The translations under genes and the position numbers were made by a program. Under the pieces are notes generated by a model, which had not been told where the DNA came from, did no database searches, and saw only the letters and a program-made list of their open reading frames with translations. Below, one piece after another: positions 59,448-64,000 of a stretch of DNA of 64,000 bases (position 1 is the stretch's first letter; each line of letters begins with the position of its first letter). Origin of the DNA: an uncultured bacterium (GTDB lineage: Bacteria > JAUVQV01 > DATDCY01); contig CAZEOK010000003.1 in NCBI GenBank assembly GCA_964513745.1, forward strand, positions 3,150 to 67,149, written 5' to 3'.

Positions 59448-61163
59448 TCAAGCCTCCTCGGGAAAGAGCGGCACCAGGGTGAATCGCTCGACGTCCACCA
59501 GCCCCCGATCGGTGATTTTCAGCGCCGGGATCACCTCGAGGCCGAGAAAACCGAGCGCGAGAAAGGGGTCGTGCAGCCGGGACCCGAGCGTCCGGACGGA
59601 GGCGAGGAGGGCCCTGTCCTGCGCGAGGACCGACTCCAGGGGCTGACGGGACATCAGCCCGGCGATCGGGAGCGGGAGCACGGCGAGGACGCTTTCTCCC
59701 TGCGCCGCCGCAAGCCCGCCCCCGGCCTCGGCCACCGCACGGGCCGCAGTCGCCATCGACTGGTCGTCCGCCCCGGCGACGATCAGGTTGTGGTGGTCGT
59801 GGGCCACCGTGCCCGCGATCGCGCCTCGCTTCAACCCGAGCCCGCGGACGAAGCCAAGGCCGAAGCGGCCCGAGGCGTGGTGCCGTTCGATCACGGCGAT
59901 CTTCGCCAGATCGCGCGACGCGTCCGCCACTGCGTGGCCCTGTTGCGCGCCGGCCTCGAGCAGCAGGTGCTCGGTGACGATCTCGCCCGGCACGACCCCG
60001 ATCACGCGAATCCTCCTCCCCCGGAGCGGGATGGAGAAATCCAGGTCTGCCCAGTCGATGTGGACCGTGTCCGCGGTTCCGGCCGCGTCCCGGTCGCCGC
60101 GGGGCCAGAGCGGCTTGCCGTCCAGCGCAACCAGCCTCCCGTCCTTGTACACCATCTCCGGGCGGGGTTGCGCCAGGTCCCGGAAGACGACGAGGTCGGC
60201 CCGGCGGTTCGGCGCCACGACGCCGCGGTCGGCAAGGCCGAAGCGTGCCGCTGGGTTGACCGTGGTCATGCGGATGGCCACCAGCGGATCCACGCCTGCC
60301 GCGATGGCGCGGCGGACGAGGTGGTCGATGGACCCCTCGCCGGCGAGATCCTCGAGGTCCCGATCGTCGGTGCAGAGGCACAACCGCCGCTCGGTGGACG
60401 CGGTGACAAGCGGCAGGAGGGCGTCGATGTTCCGGGCGCTCGTGCCTTCGCGGATGTAGATCCACATCCCGCGCCGCAGCTTCTCCCGCGCCTCCGCCGC
60501 GGTGGTGCACTCGTGGTCCGAATCGATGCCGGCCGCGACATAGGCGTTGAGGGGACCCCCGGAGAGGCCGGGCGCGTGCCCGTCGATCACGCGGCCGCCA
60601 AAGGCACGGATCTTCGCCAACACGGCCTCGTCCCCGCGCACCACGCCGGGGTAGTTCATCACCTCCCCGAGGCCGAGCACGCCCGGCTCGCTGAGCAATC
60701 CGACGAGGTGGGCGGCCTCGAGAACGGTGCCCGAGGTCGAGAGGTGCGAGGCCGGCACGCAGGAGGGGGCCATCGAGAGCACGTCGAGGGGGACATCCGC
60801 CGCGTCCCGGAGCATGAAGCGGACCCCCTCGAGGCCGAGGACGTTGGCCGTCTCGTGAGGGTCGATCACCACGGTCGTCACGCCGCGCGGGACAACGGCG
60901 CGCGCGAACTCGCGCGGCGGGACCAGGGAGCTCTCGACGTGGACATGGGCGTCGATGAATCCGGGGGCGAGAAACCTCCCCGCCAGATCCACGGTTTCCC
61001 GGGCCGAGTACCCCTTGCCCATGGCGACGATCCAGGGCCCGGCCACGGCGACGTCGGTCTCCTCGATCTCGCCCGTGTACAGCTGCAGGACGCGGGCGTT
61101 CTTCAGCAGCAGGTCCGCCGGCACATCGCCGCGGGCTGTTGCGACCCGCTCAGCGAGAGTCAC
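59448..61163 (-). CDS. ade: adenine deaminase
   Basis: GFIDAHVHVESS metal site, DGHAPG, DSDHE and DHHNLIV motifs. GTG at 61163 follows GGGAGGGAGG. The track ORF extends to 61208. Confidence 0.9.
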   Translation of the reverse strand: MTLAERVATARGDVPADLLLKNARVLQLYTGEIEETDVAVAGPWIVAMGKGYSARETVDLAGRFLAPGFIDAHVHVESSLVPPREFARAVVPRGVTTVVIDPHETANVLGLEGVRFMLRDAADVPLDVLSMAPSCVPASHLSTSGTVLEAAHLVGLLSEPGVLGLGEVMNYPGVVRGDEAVLAKIRAFGGRVIDGHAPGLSGGPLNAYVAAGIDSDHECTTAAEAREKLRRGMWIYIREGTSARNIDALLPLVTASTERRLCLCTDDRDLEDLAGEGSIDHLVRRAIAAGVDPLVAIRMTTVNPAARFGLADRGVVAPNRRADLVVFRDLAQPRPEMVYKDGRLVALDGKPLWPRGDRDAAGTADTVHIDWADLDFSIPLRGRRIRVIGVVPGEIVTEHLLLEAGAQQGHAVADASRDLAKIAVIERHHASGRFGLGFVRGLGLKRGAIAGTVAHDHHNLIVAGADDQSMATAARAVAEAGGGLAAAQGESVLAVLPLPIAGLMSRQPLESVLAQDRALLASVRTLGSRLHDPFLALGFLGLEVIPALKITDRGLVDVERFTLVPLFPEEA

Positions 61164-61224
61164 TCTCCGCCTCCCTCCCGACCGTGATGGTTTGCCGCAT
61201 GGCGCCACTCCCGGCGCGGCGTGC

Positions 61225-61659
61225 TCAGATGTCGAGAACCACGGACGCCTCCCAGCCGCGCGCCGTCCGCTCCACCCGGAGGCGGTGCAGGGTCACGGCC
61301 TTCACATCGGCCTGGAGGTGGTGCCGGAGCGGGTCGAGGGGCTCGCCGCGCGCCTCGGCATCGAGGACGAGAGCGCCGTCCCCGCGATGGATGCGGACCA
61401 CGGGGACCCGCAGCAGGAGCCCTTCGACGTCCTTGAGGTAGACCAGCTCTTCCAGCAGCCGGTACAGGAGCAGGTCGGCGCTCTGCTCCTCGATGCGGAT
61501 CGGTCGGCGCTGCCGGTCCTCGATCGCCTCGAGGTTCTCCACCATCGTGTTCGTCGTGGCGTCGGCGGCGGCGACAAACAGCTCCTCGATGGTCGCGCCC
61601 CAGGCCGCGAAGGCGGCGTCGGCGATGGCGATGTCCTCGCGGAAACGGTAGGGGCTCAT
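61225..61659 (-). CDS. archease
   Basis: 144 aa. MSPYRFREDIAIADAAF ... VKAVTLHRLRVE pattern. ATGA overlap with the rtcB stop. Confidence 0.85.
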   Translation of the reverse strand: MSPYRFREDIAIADAAFAAWGATIEELFVAAADATTNTMVENLEAIEDRQRRPIRIEEQSADLLLYRLLEELVYLKDVEGLLLRVPVVRIHRGDGALVLDAEARGEPLDPLRHHLQADVKAVTLHRLRVERTARGWEASVVLDI

Positions 61660-63113
61660 CCCTTCACATTGCCGATGGGTACGAGGCGCGCCACCCGCCT
61701 GCTGATCCCGGCGAGCTCGGTGGCGCCGACGACCAGATCGATGTCCTTGTAGGCTGCCCCTGCCTCCTCGGCCAGGCCGGAGTAGCAGGCCGTGCGGATG
61801 CAGATCCCCCGCTCCTCCATGTCGTGCTCGAGCTTTCTCCCGGAGAAGCGTCGCTTCGCCTCGTGGCGGCTCATCGACCGGCCGCTGCCGTGAGCGGTCG
61901 AGAAGAAGGTCTCCCGCCCTCCTGCCGTTCCCGCGAGCAGGTAGGAGCCTGTCTGCATGCTGCCCCCGATGATCACCGGCTGCCCGGTCTCCCGGTAGAC
62001 CTCCGGGAGCTCCTCGCGGCCCGGGCCGAAGGCGCGCGTCGCGCCCTTGCGGTGCACGAGCAGCTCGCGGACCTCGCCGTCGACGAGGTGGCGCTCGAGC
62101 TTGGCCGTATTGTGGGAGACGTCGTAGACCTGGCGCATCCCGAGATCCCGCGGGTCCTTGCCGAAGACCGCGGAGAAGACCTCGCGGATGCGGTGCGCGA
62201 TCACCTGGCGGTTGGCAAAGGACATGTTCAGCGCGCACTTCATCGCCGCGAAGTAGTCCTGCCCCTCGGGCGAGGCGAAGGGGGCGCAGGCCAGCTCCCG
62301 GTCGGGGGTGGTGATCCCGTACCGCGGGCCCATCACCTTGAGGAAACTCGTCAGGTAGTCGGAGGCCACCTGGTGGCCGAAGCCGCGGCTGCCGCAGTGG
62401 AACATCACGACGACCTGGTTCGGCAGCGTGATCCCGAAGGCGCGGGCCAGCCCGGCGTCGAAGATGTTCTCCGGTCGGGCGACCTGGATCTCAAGGTAGT
62501 GGTTCCCCGAACCGAGAGTCCCGATCTGCTCGCAGCCGCGCGCGACGGCCCTGTCGCTGACCTTCGATGCGTCGGCGCCGCCGATGCACCCTCCCTCCTC
62601 CGTCAGCTCGAGGTCCTCTTTCCAGCCGTAGCCTTCCCGGACGGCCCAGGGCGCCCCCTGCTCCACGATGCGGCGGAACCGCGCCGGGGCGAGTTTCAGG
62701 AAACCCCGGCACCCGACCCCAGCGGGGACCCGCGCGAAGAGCCCGTCGACGAGCTCCTGCAGCCGCGGCCGCACTTGCTCCTCGGTCAGGCTCGTCAGCA
62801 GCAGCCGCATGCCGCAGTTGATGTCGAAGCCGATGCCGCCGGGGGAGATCACCCCGGTGCGGGGGTCCATCGCCGCGACGCCCCCGATGGGGAATCCGTA
62901 ACCCCAGTGGCCGTCGGGCATGCAGAAGGCATGGTTGACGATCCCCGGCAGGGTCGCGACGTTAGTGACCTGATTGAAGACACCCTCGTCCATCTCGTGC
63001 AGGAGCCGCTCGGTGGCGTAGATGCGCGCGGGCACGAGCATTCCCGGCTTGAAGCTGGCGGGGATCTCCCAGACGGTGTCCGAGATCTTGCGGATTCCCT
63101 TCGGAAGGGGCAT
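61656..63113 (-). CDS. rtcB: RNA-splicing ligase RtcB
   Basis: MPDGHWGYGFPIGGV, GGIGFDINCGMR, GSGNHYLE, HCGSRGFGHQ and HGSGR motifs. Confidence 0.95.
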   Translation of the reverse strand: MPLPKGIRKISDTVWEIPASFKPGMLVPARIYATERLLHEMDEGVFNQVTNVATLPGIVNHAFCMPDGHWGYGFPIGGVAAMDPRTGVISPGGIGFDINCGMRLLLTSLTEEQVRPRLQELVDGLFARVPAGVGCRGFLKLAPARFRRIVEQGAPWAVREGYGWKEDLELTEEGGCIGGADASKVSDRAVARGCEQIGTLGSGNHYLEIQVARPENIFDAGLARAFGITLPNQVVVMFHCGSRGFGHQVASDYLTSFLKVMGPRYGITTPDRELACAPFASPEGQDYFAAMKCALNMSFANRQVIAHRIREVFSAVFGKDPRDLGMRQVYDVSHNTAKLERHLVDGEVRELLVHRKGATRAFGPGREELPEVYRETGQPVIIGGSMQTGSYLLAGTAGGRETFFSTAHGSGRSMSRHEAKRRFSGRKLEHDMEERGICIRTACYSGLAEEAGAAYKDIDLVVGATELAGISRRVARLVPIGNVKG

Positions 63114-63220
63114 GGCGCGTGCCTCCTTTCGCCCGGTTACCCGGCGATTGTACCCCGAGTGCTGCGGGACCAGCCGTCCGAGTCAATCGGGAGCGTCATG
63201 GCCTCCCGAGTTACCCGGGC

Positions 63221-64000
63221 CTATTCGAATTCCATCGCGAAGCTGTAGACGTCCTCTTCGAGCCGGCTGCTGACCTTGAGGCCGCTGTGGTTGAAGACGG
63301 CCTGCATCCGGCGGTTCTCGCGCAGCACCTCCGCGGTGAAGCCGCCGATCCCGGCGCGCTTGGCGATCGTCGCCAGGTGCGCGAACAGCGCGTGGCCGAT
63401 GCCGCGGCCCTGCCACTCGTCGCGGACCGTGAAGGCGACCTCGGCGCGGTTGGTCTTCTCGTCGAGATAGTAGCGGCCGACGGCGATCATCTCCTCGCCG
63501 TGCGCCTCGGGGACGGTGCCGACGATCGCGACGTCCCGGCGGTGGTCGATGTAGACGTAGTTCAGGATCTCCTTGTGGGTGAAGCGCTGCACCCGCGTCA
63601 TGAAACGGTAGTAGATCGTGTCCTGCGAGAGCGCGTAGTGCAGCTCGCGCATGCTCGCCTCGTCCGTCGGGCGCACCGGCCGGAAGGTCACCTGGGTGCC
63701 GTCCTCGAGCACGAATGAGGTGCGCATCTCCGGGGCGGCGATGACGAACTTGTCCTCGACCTGCGCCAGTTCCTGACGCAGATAGCGTGCCTCGATGGCG
63801 TCGTGGAAGAGCTGGGCGCGGAACTTCGGGTGCGCGATCGAGATCAGCGCGAGCGCCCGCTCCTGGATGCTCTTGCCGTGCAGGTAGGCGACGCCGTGCT
63901 CGGTGACGACGTAGTGCACGGCGCCGCGTGTCGTGACGACACCAGCGCCAGGGGAGAGGCGGGTCACGATGCGCGAGATCTCGTCGTTGTGCGCCGTCGA
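63221..64000 (-). CDS. acetyl-CoA hydrolase/transferase C-terminal region fused to a GNAT acetyltransferase domain (5' end outside window)
   Basis: The reading frame stays open to base 64000. GAGVVTTRGAVHYVVTEHGVAYLHG is typical of the ACH C-terminus. A GNAT motif (QGRGIGHALFAHL) follows. Confidence 0.8.
   Translation of the reverse strand, partial: STAHNDEISRIVTRLSPGAGVVTTRGAVHYVVTEHGVAYLHGKSIQERALALISIAHPKFRAQLFHDAIEARYLRQELAQVEDKFVIAAPEMRTSFVLEDGTQVTFRPVRPTDEASMRELHYALSQDTIYYRFMTRVQRFTHKEILNYVYIDHRRDVAIVGTVPEAHGEEMIAVGRYYLDEKTNRAEVAFTVRDEWQGRGIGHALFAHLATIAKRAGIGGFTAEVLRENRRMQAVFNHSGLKVSSRLEEDVYSFAMEFE

Overview
High-GC (about two-thirds G+C by eye, not computed) bacterial chromosomal segment. 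It is densely coding: about 60 supportable CDS. I found no rRNA or tRNA genes, no CRISPR array, and no transposase, integrase or phage genes. Envelope genes are Gram-negative in type (TolC-like protein, RND pump, LPS heptosyltransferase, lipobox lipoproteins). In order, the window holds a beta-lactamase-fold hydrolase, a nitroreductase and a GATase1-like protein, then a GAF/sigma-54 activator divergent from alanine dehydrogenase. Next come an ArsR-regulated TolC/MFP/RND efflux operon, a YfhO membrane protein and a bacterial homologue of eukaryotic GTDC1. A roughly 13.6 kb surface-glycan cluster (19.7-33.4 kb) follows, carrying a SpsC/E/F/G-like (NeuB/PseG/cytidylyltransferase/DegT) set, Wzm/Wzt export, a pyruvyl transferase, two methyltransferases and a 617-aa unknown protein. 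After it come znuABC, an orphan B12-radical SAM enzyme, LOG, PilZ, a two-component pair, ppnP, thrC, hpt, yajD-trmH and waaF. These are followed by a TerC protein, an SPFH/zinc-ribbon pair coupled to recQ, a LysM protein, an ade-hpt salvage operon, rtcB-archease, and a truncated acetyl-CoA hydrolase/GNAT gene. There is no single obvious novel system. The strongest leads are: (1) a secreted lipoprotein built from three identical-spacing Cys6 modules behind a Met/His linker (41473-41946); (2) a YdjI-like SPFH protein next to an internally duplicated double zinc-ribbon protein that is translationally coupled to RecQ; (3) a bacterial GTDC1/QTMAN-like glycosyltransferase; (4) a degenerate cytidylate-kinase-like domain fused to an unknown C-terminal domain, divergent from an HNH gene across a perfect 25-bp palindrome; (5) a 31-nt REP-like intergenic repeat family. 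All family assignments come from reading the translated ORFs by eye. No database search was run.
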